Of a DNA stretch of 64,000 nucleotides, positions 11,098 through 24,433 are shown one piece after another (the first letter of the stretch is position 1; every line of letters begins with the position of its first letter). Below the pieces are notes generated by a model that saw only the letters and a list, made by a program, of their open reading frames with translations, searched no databases and was not told the origin of the DNA. A program made the translations under genes and the position numbers. Location: assembly GCA_030390025.1 (NCBI GenBank), contig CM059433.1:10914001-10978000 (forward strand), written 5' to 3'. This DNA is from Squalus acanthias (lineage: Eukaryota).

Positions 11098-11735
11098 CAT
11101 TGCCTTTAGTAGCCGTGGCATAGAATACAAGAGCAGGGGGGTTATGCTTCAACTGTATAAAACACTAGTTAGACCTCAGCGAGAGTACTGCGTGCAGTTC
11201 TGGACACCACATTACAGGAAAGATGTGATTGCACAAAAGAGGGTGCAGAGGAGATTTACAAGAATGTTGCCGGGAGTAGAGAATCTTAGCTATGAGGAAA
11301 GACTGGATAGGCTGGGTTTGTTTTTCTTGGAACAGAGGAGGCTGAGGGGAGACACTATTGAGGTGTATAAAATTATGAGGGGCCTAGATAAAGTGGATAG
11401 AAAGGACCTCTTTCCCTTAGCAGAGGGGTCAAAAACCAGGGGGCACAGATTTAAAGTAATTGGTGGAAGGTTTAGAGGGGATTTGAGGGGAAATTTCTTC
11501 ACCCAGAGGGTGGTGGGGGTCTGGAACTCACTGCCTGAAAGGGTGGTCGAGGCAGGAACCCTAACCACATTTTAAAAAGTACTTGGATGTGCACTTGGGA
11601 TGCTGTAACCTGCAGGGCTACGGACCAAGAGCTGGAAAGTGGGATTAGGCTGGATAGCTCTTTGTCGGCCGGCGCGGACACGATGGGCCAAAATGGCCTC
11701 CTTCCGTGCTGCAAGTTTGTATGATTCTATTTCTA
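11098..11735 (+). mobile_element. CR1 3' fragment
   Basis: ORF 11144..11575 LYKTLVRP..EYCVQFW...FFTQRVV..WNSLP; TATGATTC-type tail. Confidence 0.93.
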
Positions 11736-12899
11736 TCACCGTAAATCCACTGCGGAACCTCGGGGAAGACACCAGCCGGTTCGTTCAAGGTTGGCCTGTG
11801 GGGATTCCAGGTGAGAGCTGCACCTGCTGAGCTCCTCACAACAAAAGACAGGGATCAGCGGCGCCCCACAAAAAAAAAAATCCAGGGCATGCATTCTATC
11901 CTCCCGCTGTCATCGGGCTCTGAAAGGTAGAGGCAGGAATCGTTTCTGAGTGCTGGCTGGCCAGCACATCATTCGCGGTTATTTGATAAGCTGTAGGAAC
12001 TTTCCTTTCGAGCTCGATAAAGGCACCAGCATCCACACAACACAAAAGTGTAACCACTGGACCGTTCCGTTCAAACAGTGCAACTGCACCTGTCTTTAGA
12101 GGCCCTGCGGATTTTGTTTGAGGAGCTTGCTTTTTTTTTCTGTGTGTGTGTGTGTGTGGCAAAAGGAAACCACTTTCATGAGGTGTACAGTGCTACGTTT
12201 CCAACATGCGTGGGAGGTTCATCTCCGTGCTGGTTGTATTCAAGAATCATAAAAGCACTTCTGATTCTTCAATGAAAAAAATATATATATATGACGAATA
12301 ATAGACTTGAAGGGTATCATTCAAAGAAGGGATGCAGGTAACACCATAAACCACAAAAAATGAAACCCAACCAGTTTTAGAATACCATTTGAAGCCTGAG
12401 ATTAAGTTACGGCTTTTAACTGGTGCAAGTCATAAAAATCTTTTGAAAAATTTAAAAAGATCTCCATCTGAACTTGGTCGTAGGTCATTCGGTATGGACG
12501 GTGAAGTTCACACTGACCTCAGACTAAAGCTATTGGCCGATTGTAACATTTGGTATAAAATCATATGATCAATACTGAATAATTATGAGTTTGATTTTAT
12601 CAGTGTTTCAGCAGTCAGTATACTTCCTGGTATATATATGATGGGGGCTTAAATTGGCTAACCTCCAAAAACGGGTGTGGGGATCGCGGTACGCGATTCA
12701 TCCGCAGCCGTTCATTGCGATGCAGGCAGCATGTTACATTCGTGCTGCTCATTGGCTGCCCACATCAGCAGGGGGCCCAATATCGCGAGTGGCTGGCGCT
12801 ACTTAAAGGCAGCCTGCACCTCTTAATAGGGAGGTGCATTGTGGCCCCAAGAACTGGTGGGAGTTTCTTGAAACGTGAATCTGGGCTGTGATACTTTGA

Positions 12900-14600
12900 G
12901 CAGTGGCTGAACATGTGAGAGAGCAAGAATCAAGGTTTTCTGACAATGCACTGGAGGTCTTGATGCAAGATGTAGAGAGAAAGAGAGGCATCCTGTATCT
13001 GCAAAGGGGTGGGGGGCATTAGCGGCGGAGGTCAATGTCAGGAGTGTAGCTCCAAGAACATGGGTGCGGTGCAGGAAGAAGTTTAATGATCTGACACGAG
13101 TAGTCAAGTTGAGTGAGTTCATCTTCAAATGGCATATCCCACCAATTGCGCCACTAGCCTCATCTAAAGCTCAATTCACTGCACCCCCATCACTCACCTA
13201 TCAACAATCTCTATCAATCAGTACTCAACCCTTCAATTCATGTTCTACCTGATCCTCAAACACTTAGCACTGTTGCAAGCCTCGCACCCACAACTCACGG
13301 CTCGCACACACTGGCAGCTATTCAACCATGACAGCCACATCACCCCAACCTATTGCACGACACTCACTGACACACTTACCTGTTTCTTGCAGGAGAAGGT
13401 GGCGCAAAACAGGCGGCAGTCGGAAAAACTGGAGGAGGACAAGTGCGCCTGCATGTTTTAACCCCCATGGAGGAGTCAGTACTGGCCATCATGGCAAGGG
13501 GCATCGCTGAGGTCGCGACCACTGGTGGCATTGGAGGGATCAATGATCAGGGTATCTGCATACCTAATCCTCCTCCTCTCTTCCCACTTCTCCCTCATCC
13601 CACAATCTCTTCTGACTGACAAGTTGCAGATGGTGTAAGCACGCACTTCTTACTTTCTCCTCTATCCTTACCACAACCCAACTCTGTTTTCATTTCAGAT
13701 ACCCAGGTACTGGAACCTTCCCAGTCAGAGGAGGAAGAGGAAGATGAAGAAACACTATCACTCGATCTTACACTCACTGCAACCAGCTCAGAGACTGACA
13801 CTGCATGTATTTTAAAGGCTAGGATAGAGGAGGGATCTGCACATGGTGAGACACCGGGCACAAGTGCGCAGGAGCCAGGGCATGAGGGAAAGGAGCTAGT
13901 TCTGCTGCAGAGGAGTCAGATGAGGACTTTGATGGACCAGAAGAAGGCTGATGGGTGTACACAACTACATTCTTGGTGCACTGGAAAGCCTGCCAGAAAT
14001 CCTGCACTCAATGTCAAGGAGGAGTCCAACACCCACTCAGCACAGGGCTTTGTGCAGACCTTGGAGCCCATTCTTTCCAATGTGAAATGGGTGGTCACCT
14101 CCATCAGCACACCTGTGGAACCCACGATGTTGCCCACGATTTGATGGCAGATGTCACAACTCGCATTGCAGCACCAACAAATTCTATTACAGCACAAACA
14201 GCTTCTATCAAAGGTCTGAGTGCTGCAGTGGAAGCTCAGACTGCAGTCATCGTGGCTCTGGAAACAAAGGGGTTTCCAGGGTATCACAGTCCATCAATCT
14301 GTTCTCCAACAGACCAGCAGGATTGCTGAGGCACCGCCCCAGGAGAGTGGCAGTGCTCTATGGAACAGGACTCTCAGGATGACAGCATTCCTGCTCCCAC
14401 CCCTGCCACACCGCCAGTGCCCTTGCTGTTGCCTGTCATCCAGCCAGCCCAGACTGCTGCAGCCCAGGCCGAGATGGTGCAGTCTGAAGCCTAGAACTGG
14501 CCCAGAACTGCCACAGGTCGACCTCCAAGGCCATCTGCAATCTCCTCAATTGAAGGTCAGCAGCCTTCCACCACCCATGCTGCAGCTACTGGGGTAGCAC
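12900..14600 (+). pseudogene. Harbinger Myb/SANT-like DNA-binding protein gene remnant, about 3 exons
   Basis: RFSDNALEVLMQDVERKRGILY...LAAEVN..S...RTWVRCRKKFNDLTRVVK (12930-13108); acceptor TTGCAG|GAGAAG at 13392 (EKVAQNRRQ); acceptor TTTCAG at 13698; frameshifts. Confidence 0.8.
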
Positions 14601-14859
14601 CTCGTAGGAGCACTAGGATAGGCAAAGGCACACGGAAGACAGGCACTAAGGGAATGCACAAGGGTGATTAATTTATTGTTGTATGCATTATGTAATGACT
14701 GAATTCCTAAAATTGTATTAGAATGTGCATTTTCTGGTTGTTTTTATTTTTGTGTTGTCGGAAAGGGGACAATGTGATGGTCAGTGATAGAGGAAAGGTA
14801 AGGAGCGTGGAACTGTTGGTGAATGGGGACTTGTGGTTGAGGTTACTGGTATCGTTCGT

Positions 14860-15500
14860 GAATAATTTGATAACGCAGAGCCTGGGCAAAAAGGGGCTGT
14901 CTACTTTGTAACCTCTCTTCCTCTTCCTGTTCCTCCACTTCCTGTTGCACTTCCTCCTCCTCCTCCTCTTCTTCATGCTCCTGCTCCTAAGCTTCTCATC
15001 TGATAGGTGGTGCCAAGGGTTCATACTGGCCAGGTTGTACAGCATGCAACATACAACTACAAACCTTGATATCCACTCAGCTGAGTACTGCAGGACTCCT
15101 CCAGAGCGGGCAAGGCAGCAGAAGCATTGCTTGAGGATGCCGATGGTGTGCTCTATAATCTTCCTTGTGGCAGCAAGGCTCTCATTGTAGGTAATGTGCA
15201 GGTGTGCTTGGGTTCCTGACTGGAGTCATGAGCCATGTCATGAGTGGATAGCCCTTGTCGCCCAGTAGCCAGCCTTTGACTTGCCATGGTGGGTCAAATA
15301 CAGGTGGCACAGAGGACTGGCGCAGAATGAAGGGATCATAACTGCTGCTAGGATAACAGCGAATGTGGCCTCCTGCTGAGAGCCCTTCTCCTGCTCCTCC
15401 TTCTCCCTCTTCTAGCAGCTTGTCCTGCTCTGTGTGGCCTCTCTTCATTCTCCCGGTCATGTTCAATTCCCAGAGGAAGTCCTACCAGGCCACCCATGTC
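14860..15500 (-). pseudogene. Harbinger (HARBI1-like) DDE transposase remnant with internal deletion
   Basis: YDPFILRQS...GWLLGDKGYPLMTWLMTP, then after a frameshift TRKIIEHTIGILKQCF.CL..SGGVLQY...CCMLYNLA. Confidence 0.88.
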
Positions 15501-17158
15501 TGGAAGCAACGTGTTTCAGCTCAAGATTTTAAATGAACAAAAAACGACTTCAGCACCAGCCAGACCACTCCCTGTGGCCAAGTATAGGAATGCTCCAAAA
15601 ACACGCGCAATTGCACCAGCAGCCAGAAGATACAATCCAGCAACTAACCTGTAAGTAGTTCATGATCCCTCTAAGTAGCGCTGGTCAGGGGTAGTTCATG
15701 CCTTTTAATGTTGTGTTCAGCTGTGCGAGGTTAAGACTGGAGTGTGCAGTTGGAAAATGGCAGCGCTGGCATCAAATCAGCGTTGCACACTGATATGCGC
15801 ATGACCTGCCTGCTCTCCATGCTGCCAGTGGTTGTTAGGTGAGTGCGCAAAAACCCCTTTAACAAGATGGCGTCCTCCGCACTTCCCGTCAGAAGTGTGC
15901 GCGTGCATCTTGGTCCCCATTTTTGAACATTAGTGGCCTTGTAGCACCGAAAAAAAAGGGCGCTACTCGGCCCAAATTAGCCCCCAGAATGTCAAACATC
16001 AACTATTGACTCCAAAAAAACATTTACGCACAAGTTATGAAATGTTAAAGGTTTGACTCTTAGAAAACAACTGTTGGACCCGAAGACTATCATTTAATAT
16101 TTGTCACAGATTCGCACATCGTAATAATAGATACCAACTGGTGCAAGAAAGATAATTATATTAAATGATGAACTTCTCTTTTCAACTATGATGTTTGCAA
16201 TGGCACAGTTGTATTTAAGGGACAGGGTTCGAACAGTAAAGGGGGGACGGTTTCCTCTGTGCCTTCTTTTCTAGGAAAATTGCACACTCATTCTTTAGAA
16301 ATGCTATCATTAGCGTACGAGGGAAATTTTCCCCCCAACCTTTCCTGCAAGATGTGTTACCTTGTGGATAAACACAGGTGCAATGAGGCAGTACATGATA
16401 CAATGCTATCATCTCATTGTCTACTTTATCTGCACCCACCAGTTATATTTTTTAAATAGTACATTTTAATAAGAATTATGAGTACTTTACGTTTTGAAAA
16501 AGTTTGCGCTACAACAGAGTTTGTACCAGCTGAATATTTCAAAAGAGCTGCTCTTGGTGCCAGAAATTGGGATTATCCGAAGACAAAATGCCTCCAGGAG
16601 CTGGTAACATCTTTTAACTCCACCGTTACATTTAATACTTTGCTAAATCAGACACCTCTGGGCTTGCTCTATCGGATGATTGACCAGGCGATGTCATCTC
16701 TGCTGGCAAATGGCAGCATTCAGTGTGCCCGCTACTTTCCTGCCAAGGACCTCGCTTCTCTACCTGAAGCTTTATGATGAACAATCTTGTAGAAGGACTA
16801 CAACTGAAGAAAGTATTGCACAGACTCTGCAATTGTTGCTGGCATTTTGTACCCTACTCTCCACAAATTTATAGTTGTACCAATGTATTGTATTCTCCAA
16901 CAAAATGACTTTAGTTGATGTTTCCTTGGAACAAATCAGCTGCTCCGTTTCTACTGATGAGCCTCCGCCAGCCTTACAACCCTCTGAGATCTCTGCGCTC
17001 CTCCAATTCTGGCCTCTTGCGCTTCCCCGATTTTCATCGCTCCACCATCAGTGGCCGTGCCTTCAGCTGCCTAGGCCCTAAGCTCTGGAATTCCCTCCCT
17101 TAAACCTCTCTGACTCTCGACCACTCTCTCCTCCTTTAAGACGCTCCTTAAAACCTAT

Positions 17159-18051
17159 GGGGGAGAAGTTCAGTATCTCCCCATTTGGGGCGCAATTATC
17201 GGCCGGGCGCAAAGATTAGCACCTGGCGTTAATTATCGCCACCGACTGCAAACTTGACTTTTATCGCCCCTGGAGGTGATTGGAGCGCTAAATCAGGCGC
17301 TTCACACCTGTCTTAAGGCGCAAAGGCCAAGGAGCGAGGCGCTACCTCAGAGCGCTGGCGAAGCTCATGTGATGTCAGTCAGCAATGGAACACACACACA
17401 ATGGCACGGGCCAGTTCTTAAAAGGGATGGTTGATCTTGCTTTCCATCCACATCCTGCTCATTGCAGCCTTGAATCTTGGCCTGGAGAGACCTGTACATC
17501 AAATCTGCTGGAAACAACAATGGAGAGGCCCAGGGAAAGAGCTCAGAGTGCAGCCCCCACAGTCTCTTTTAAATCGATAAAAGGAAGGACAAATCAAAAT
17601 TAACCTGCAAAGTGCTGCTCAGTACCCAAAACCCATTCACACAGCATTGAATCTCTCCAGAAGTCTCTCTCTCTCTCTCTCAGAATGCGTGGTTCAAAAA
17701 TGTCGCCAACAAAAAAAGGCAGGAAGCGGTCGCCTTTAAATAGCGCTCCCCCAGTCCCTTCCTGACTGCAAAACGCTCCCCTCAACCTGTCGTTGCTAGC
17801 GGCAGGCGGTAAGGCAGGGGGCGCCACTCAATATCCACTCCGGGGCGCTACCGGGGCGTTGCGCACTCGACTGACGTTACAATCTGCCGGCGCAGGAGAT
17901 CGTGGCGGTACTGTTTAGCGCTGCCACAAAATGTCTAGTTAATTTTGCGAGCGGCGCAAACATCGCCGCGCCCGGGCGCTAGTTGCTTTGCGCCCCATTA
18001 GCGCCCTCTTAAGGCACTAACGGGAGGCGCAACCAACTGAATTTTTCCCCC
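17159..18051. mobile_element. Non-autonomous Harbinger-type element
   Basis: TIRs GGGGGAGAAGTTCAGT / ACTGAATTTTTCCCCC; TSD TAT; cleanly interrupts the L2. Confidence 0.88.
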
Positions 18052-18074
18052 TATATCTTTTGCCAAACCTGTCA

Positions 18075-18240
18075 TAAAAAACTGTTCCATCTCCAGCTTT
18101 TTCCAGTTCTGATGAAGGGTCATCCACCTGAAACGTTAACTCTGTTTCTCTCTCCCCAGATGCTGCCTGAGCTGCTGAGTATTTCCAGCATTTTCTTATT
18201 TTATTTCAGATTTCCAGCATCCGCAGTACTTTGCTTTTGT
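18075..18240 (+). mobile_element. Short Penelope 3' repeat with hammerhead motif (18105-18141)
   Basis: AGTTCTGATGAAGGGTCATCCACCTGAAACGTTAACT...GATGCTGCCTG...TTTCAGATTTCCAGCATCCGCAG. Confidence 0.85.
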
Positions 18241-19027
18241 ACCGTCGTAATATCTCCTTTTGTGGCTCGGTGTCAAATTTTGTTTGATCACGCTCCTGTG
18301 AAGCACCTTGGAACGTTTTACTACATTAAAGGCGACATATGATTGCAAGTTGTTGTTGCACAGAGGTCGTATACCACAAGATCCTTCTTGAAGCCTAAAT
18401 GTCCTTGTTACAACTAAAACCACTGAAGAATTCCATTGTCTTGTATTGCTTAATCCCTTTGAAGACAATGCCATCAATTACTTATAACCAAATGGACAAC
18501 ACATGAAGATGATTATAGGGAATGCTGGTGAAGCATTACATTTTGACATCTATAGTGAAGGAGCAGTCAACATCTTAAAGCCTAGCAATTTTAAACTACA
18601 CAAAATGAAAGATGGAAAATCCTATTTTGTCACACCTACCAACTCTTCTGCACTCACTAGAGAGTGAGGGAAAGTAAAATAATTTTATTGAAGAGGGGTT
18701 TATCCAGCAGCCTCTCTATTAAAACTGTAGGGCTCTATTAATAAAAAGACATTCACGAATGTTGGGAAAGCCCGGCTCCCATATTATTTTCCTCTCGCCT
18801 TCTGGCCGAAAAGAACCATGATAGGTGTAGGGACCAGTAGTCAGCTGAGCTGTACAGACAGAATAGAGAGAGAGATGGGAAGATGAAAAGAGAGAGAAAA
18901 AGGACAGAAAGAAGAAAAGGAAAGAAACAGAGAAATTGACAATAAAAAGGGAGAGAAAAAAGAAGAGTGAGAAAAGGAGGCGATAAAAGAAAGACAGAGG
19001 AAGAAAAGACGAGAGAAAAGAGATTAA

Positions 19028-19712
19028 GGGCTGGATTTTGAATGCCCTGTGGAGTCGGGTTTGGAGGCGTGTGGGGGGTTAAAGTAGCGGGGTCGGGGGT
19101 CCCGACCCCATCCCGACTCCATCCTGCCTCCACGCAATTTTGACAAAATCGGTCGCGGGGTTCCCGACTCCGTCCCGCCTCCAAGAGGCGGGAGAGGCCA
19201 TTAAAGCCCTTAACAAGCCCTAAATTGGCTCTGTAATGCTATTTTGAAATGTTTTAGCTAGTTTAACCCTTTTCCGACGTGAAGTACGCCTGGTGTGAAA
19301 CACTCCAGTGAAACCTGGCGGGAGCACAAGTGGATAGCTGACTATCAGGTATAGGTCCACTATTACAACGGAGATGTGATGAAGGTAGTAGTATTAGGTC
19401 TGAAAGTCGCCTCTGCTGCTGCATTGAATGTCTTCAGAGACTGCCTGGCCTTGCTGTGAGAGGACCTGGATGGAAAAAAAAAATTCTCTCTCTCTCGCTC
19501 TCCAGGTCCACTCACAGCAAAGGCCAGGCAATCTCTGAGACCAGGCAGCCTGCAATGATGACATCATCAGAGGCGACTTTCCCACTGAAACCACTAATTG
19601 GTTCATGGGTTCCCACATTGTATCATTCATCCACATTAATCTGGAGTCAGGGGGGACAACACGAAATGCAGGTAACACGACCCCAACCCGACCCCAAGAC
19701 AAAATCCAGCCC
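19028..19712. mobile_element. Harbinger-type MITE, family A copy 1
   Basis: Perfect 13-bp TIR GGGCTGGATTTTG; TSD TAA; second copy at 45949. Confidence 0.93.
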
Positions 19713-20524
19713 TAAATGATTTCAATGGACAGTAAAATCGGGTGGGGTGTAAAACAGATGTTCAACCCCAAACCACCCTGTTCCCATCGGGCTGGCTGGG
19801 TTAAGATTACCCCCTTAAGATGAAGAGAGCCAAATGTATTATTGCCATATTAATGCTCTGAAGGATGCAGCATCTGTTCAATTTTACAGGGATGTAAATA
19901 AGAGCCCCATTTTGCCTGCCTGCTCATATTGTTCTGAAATGGGGAAAGGCAGAGTTTCATGTATGGCTGCTTACTGACCTTCCACTGCCAGTGTGATATT
20001 TAATGATCAGACATCACTGGCAAGGTAGTCAGCTTTTATCAATCATTACACTTTGAAAGATGGCGCCGCCGGCTCTCTCTCTCTCTCTCTTTGTTGTCTT
20101 TAAAGTAAAAAGGTTTTTTTTGGGGGGGTGGGGGCAGGGCTTTACAGCAGCTGCTTTCCAACCACAACCAATGCTGTTGTTCTTTCCCAGTGCGAGACCA
20201 ACAGAACTTCTCCCTGTCGCTGCCAGAAGGTACGGCCCAGTCACTGTCACCGTAACAAAATAAAATCAGTGGCTTGGAGCAACTGCATTAGTAGTCGTAG
20301 CACAGCAAACTCAAATGAATATACGGACAGGATGTCCCCGCCATCTCGTGCAGTGAATGCTGCTAACCGTTTGTAACCATGTTTGTATTCTGGCGTGAGA
20401 CGGTGACTTGGGAATGTGAAAGACTCGTGACCGTTCCTTTTGTACGTCCCGTGGAAAATATAGCACGAGACGCCAAGCACAAAATACAAATCATAATTTA
20501 CAAATTTTTAAAAAAGTGATATGG

Positions 20525-20693
20525 GGGGTAATTTTGACCATGTGCGACAGTGTAAAACGGGTGATAGTCAATAGGTAGTCCGTTTTACATCTCTCCCCAT
20601 TATCATTTCTGTTGACTTCCATGGAAATAAAATCCAGGAGTGATGTAAAACGGTCATTGCCCGTTTTTACATGATCAAAGTCAAAATGACCCC
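20525..20693. mobile_element. Short hairpin MITE
   Basis: TIRs GGGGTAATTTTGAC / GTCAAAATGACCCC with internal TGTAAAACGG / CCGTTTTACA inverted pairs; similar decayed pieces at ~19720, ~21100, ~33260. Confidence 0.7.
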
Positions 20694-20898
20694 TACCGTG
20701 TGAACAGGCCAATTCAGTGGGACTCGGCTTATCTGGAGTAAGCTTTACTCGGTCCTGCGAAAGAGCTAGTGTGAAAGTTGGCCGTCAGCCAGGTTGCTGA
20801 CTCAACAGTCTCTTACTTTAGCTTTAAGGCAAAGACCCGCGTCCAGAAAGCACAACGCAATAAATAGTAATATGGTAATATTACTATATTGGTAAAGA

Positions 20899-21031
20899 CC
20901 AGTCCTGACAAAGGGTCACAGACCTGAAACGTTGACTCTGTTTCTCTCTCCACGGATGCTGCCTGGTTGCTGAGTGTTTCCAGCATTTTCTGTTGTTACT
21001 TCAGATTTCCAGCATCCGCAGTATTTTGCTA
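20899..21031 (+). mobile_element. Short Penelope 3' repeat with hammerhead motif (20901-20937)
   Basis: Same family as 18075; flanked by duplicated ATAGTAATATGGTAAT (~20864 and ~21031). Confidence 0.85.
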
Positions 21032-21289
21032 TAGTAATATGGTAATGTTTTGCTCCACCTCGCTTATCCTTGCAAACCTCCCATCAGATTCTGTACTGTG
21101 GGCAGGACTTTCAATTTCGGAGGGGGGGCATAAAACGGTCGATATTGGATTGCTTTAAAAAGGAAAATCGGGCAGGGTGTATAACGGGCGGCCTATCCCA
21201 TATCGTCTGTTTTTCGCCCCTGTCGAAGTTGTAAGTTTTGGCACTTATTTCTAAAATTAATAGCCGTGTATCCCCTGTACTATGGGGAA

Positions 21290-22550
21290 TTCATCCTGTC
21301 CTTTTGTAAACTGCTGTGGTTTTCTGTTACACCACCTCTGCTGGTAAACTGTTCCACAATTTTATCATCCTCTCACTAAAAGGATCGTACCTAAAATTTC
21401 TATTTTCCTTTAACCTAAACTGTGCCCTCTAGTGATCATGTTCTGTGCCCAACTTTCCTCGCTCCAAATTCTCTATACAAGTGAAAATCTTAAAGGCGTC
21501 TATCACATCCCCTTCAGCAGCTTTCTCTCCAGAGAGCAAAGTCCCAGGGTGAACAATATTTTCTCATAACTCAGCCCTTTAAGTTCAGAAATCAGCCTTT
21601 GTAGCTCTCCTCTGGGCTCCCTGTAATAATTCCAACATATCTCCTGTAATATGGAGACCAGAACTGAATATATTCCTTTAGATGTGGCTTCACCAAGGAC
21701 AGATACAACTTCAACATCACCTCATAATCACCATCAATACCTTAGCTATAGATCCCAAGATTTTATTTGCTTTCTTGACTGCCTGCGAACACTGATTGAC
21801 ATTTTTAACGACCTATTTGCCAAAACTGCCAGATCTCTTTCTTGGTCTGTTACTTCAAGCACGCGTGCTCCACATTCTCACTTCTTCTACCTAATTCAGT
21901 GTTGAACTCCATCCCCACCTCTCTTCCCACTGACCTCACCTGTCCATGGCCCTTTTGTATTATCACACATTGGTTAGTATCATTGGACATTGGACTTAAC
22001 TTGGTGTCATTTGCAAACTTAGATACCTTAGACAACATTCCATCCTCTAAGTTATTTGCATAAGAATTATAAACAACTATAGCCCAAACAGTGATGCTGG
22101 TGTGGCACTATTGGTAGCCAATGTCCTCCCTCACACCTCCCCATGCACAAACAATCTTTGCTGGATACCTCTCAGCCACACATCAATCCAGCCTAATATT
22201 TTACCATCTATCCCATGGGCACGCACCTTGTGAATCAGTCTGTGGGATCTGTCAAACGCCTTCCGGAAATCAATCAGTAGATAACACGTACTGCCTTACC
22301 CTTATCTATTACATTTATAACCTTTTCAAAGAAAGGCAGTAAATTCATCAGACACAATCTACCCTTTCTGAACCCAAGCTGACTCTCTCCAATCAGTCCA
22401 TGTCCTTCCAGGTGATCTCTTTTGCTATTCTCTCACCAATGTCTTATACGCTTTCCCCATAACGGAGGTGAGGCTCACACGTGTATCATGTGAGGGTTCA
22501 AGCTTTGCCCACTTTTTAAATAAGGGGGTCACAATCGCTACTTTCAAATG
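21290..22550 (-). mobile_element. Old, heavily mutated CR1 RT/3' fragment
   Basis: SKFANDTKL in ORF 21850..22038; KAFD-like and YIQFWSP-like remnants. Confidence 0.75.
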
Positions 22551-22687
22551 AGCTTTCAAAGGTACGAGTCAGAGGATTGGCATTCTCCTCAAACCAGCAC
22601 CCTTTGATGGAAATTGTCAGAGCTCAGAGCCGAGTTTACCTTAAGATTCCTAAACCTTTCTACAATGCCTTCTCTTGTGATACTAAG

Positions 22688-23444
22688 GGGGCGATTTTGC
22701 CAATGGGGGCGCGTTGGGGGCGGGACTGCTGCTTGTCGGGTTTTAGTCCCACCTCCATTGACTTCTGGCCAACCCATGCTATTTTCCCTTGATTGACCTT
22801 GTTAAGACCACCCAGTGGGCTTAGCAGGCCAATTAAAGGGAAGCCGGTGACAGAGAATGTCAGCTTATGATGTTTCATCTGTCAAAAATTTTTGATAGAT
22901 GATTTGTCATCGTTTGACAGCTCTGTGAAGCTGTCAAACACTGACATTCTCTGTTGTTTGATGAGTCCTTGTATTCAAGACTCATCAAACCTCTTTTGTT
23001 AGCAGAAATTAGATGGTTGTTGCATCGGAGAATGCAGCAGCCATCTGTCATCTCTGCCGGTGAGATGCGAGACTCTCCGCATCCCCAACTGTTGAAGCCT
23101 GCAGGAAGAAACAAAGGTAAGTAAACATTTTCTATCACTTTCCACTCACCTCACATACTCACCTCTCCACACTTGCACCCATCACTCACCTTCACAGCGC
23201 ACTTTTGCACCCCTCCGACCCCCGCAGACCCACTGCTCGCCTCGCTGTTAACAGGCAGTTAAGTGGCTGTAATCCCCTCCCCGCCTCCAGGAGACGGGAC
23301 CCGGCGCGGGTCGGCTACCCGCCTCCTGGGAAGATGGCACGGAGGCAGGTTGTGGGCGGGATGGGTACCCGCCCCAGATTCTGCCATTTTCCCAGCAGTC
23401 CCGCCTCCAAACCCGCCTCGCCAGGGCTGGCAAGATCGTGCCCC
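22688..23444. mobile_element. Harbinger-type MITE, family B copy 1
   Basis: Ends GGGGCGATTTTGCCA / TGGCAAGATCGTGCCCC flanked by AAG; homologous to 39631-40408. Confidence 0.8.
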
Positions 23445-23446
23445 AA

Positions 23447-23770
23447 GAGGTTGATTTTCACTCCTCCCACATGGCAAACACCAGGGCCTAGAAATTCGTC
23501 TCGGGCAGCGGTGCAAAGCGGGCGGTATCGGATCGGCCGCCCGTTATACACAGCGCCTGATGTTCAGTTCCATTGACGGCAATAGAGCTGAATATCAGAC
23601 GCGGCGTCTAACGGGCGGCCGATCCAATACCGCCCGCTTTGCGCCAACTGCCCGAGACGAATTTCTAGACCCAGGACTTGAACGGAAATAAAAATCGGGA
23701 GGGATGTAAAAGGGGCTGCCAGCTCGCTATCACCCCGGTTTACACTATCGCACAAAGTCAAGATCGACCC
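23447..23770. mobile_element. Short MITE hosting a nested palindromic MITE
   Basis: Ends GAGGTTGATTTTCACT / AGTCAAGATCGACCCC; right half resembles 20525-20693. Confidence 0.6.
23485..23671. mobile_element. Almost fully palindromic 187-bp MITE
   Basis: Arms CTAGAAATTCGTCTCGGGCAG / CTGCCCGAGACGAATTTCTAG pair nearly to the centre; TSD CAG. Confidence 0.9.
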
Positions 23771-24433
23771 CATTCTTTCTGTTGTTGGTAAACTAGCAAA
23801 AATGTCAGAACGCAACGCGGTTTAATTTGAAAGCTTCAACCTAAGGAGTTGGGCCTGCTCATCAGTTTCGTCATTGTACAGTTCCTCTAAAATAAATCAG
23901 GTTTCCTCAAGTGTGTTGTGGAAGGATTGCTGAAAGTATTTCGATTCCATCGAGCAGGCTACAAGGGAAAGCACAGTCCACGATAATCTTTTGGCACGCA
24001 ACAAAAAATGAAGGCCAGGACACACCCAAATCATTTTTGCTGTTGCCTGCAGAGAAGGAGGCGACTTTCTGAAGTGTCGTCAGCAACTGTCCCAGACGAT
24101 GCACGGTGCACAGTCAGAAGCTCATAATTCTTTCTCTCATATATCCACATGACTGACTCAGTCACAACCAAAAGGACTTGGGGTGGAATTCACCAAACCA
24201 CCATGGTGCGTCTGAAGAGGTCGGCAATGATGACACGTTGGGACCTCTTCCAGGGCTGTCCCAGACATAGACAATGGTAGACAATACAACGAGACAGAGA
24301 CAGAGGGGGAGACCACCCCCTGAGTGAATCACTTGATGCAATTTTATTTTATTTGAAAGGAAATGTAGAACTTAACCGTATCCACATTTTTTTAACTCCC
24401 TTTTTCTTCTTCCCTTCTTCTGAATGCAGCAAC

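Larger units (their letters stand above)
12644..15984. mobile_element. Decayed two-gene Harbinger transposon (convergent Myb/SANT and DDE transposase genes)
   Basis: Imperfect TIRs GGGGCTTAAATTGGC / GCCCAAATTAGCCCC enclosing both gene remnants. Confidence 0.88.
16960..18357 (+). mobile_element. L2 LINE 3' end carrying two nested insertions
   Basis: QPYNPLRSLRSSNSGLL...STISGRAFS.LGPKLWNSLP; tail resumes at 18245; matches L2 at 38570-38917. Confidence 0.88.

Noticed and set aside
12900..15500. Domesticated host HARBI1/NAIF1-like genes
   Set aside because: Frameshifts, deletion, mutated donor and flanking TIRs indicate a dead transposon
16478..16777. 99-aa ATG ORF as a host exon
   Set aside because: No recognisable homology or convincing splice context
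18860..19025. Purine-rich tract
   Set aside because: Low-complexity GA-rich sequence without clear periodicity or mirror symmetry
24213..24325. Hairpin GAAGAGGTC/GACCTCTTC with ATGATGA and a distal CTGA (C/D snoRNA or hammerhead)
   Set aside because: No terminal stem around the C/D boxes and no GAAA box
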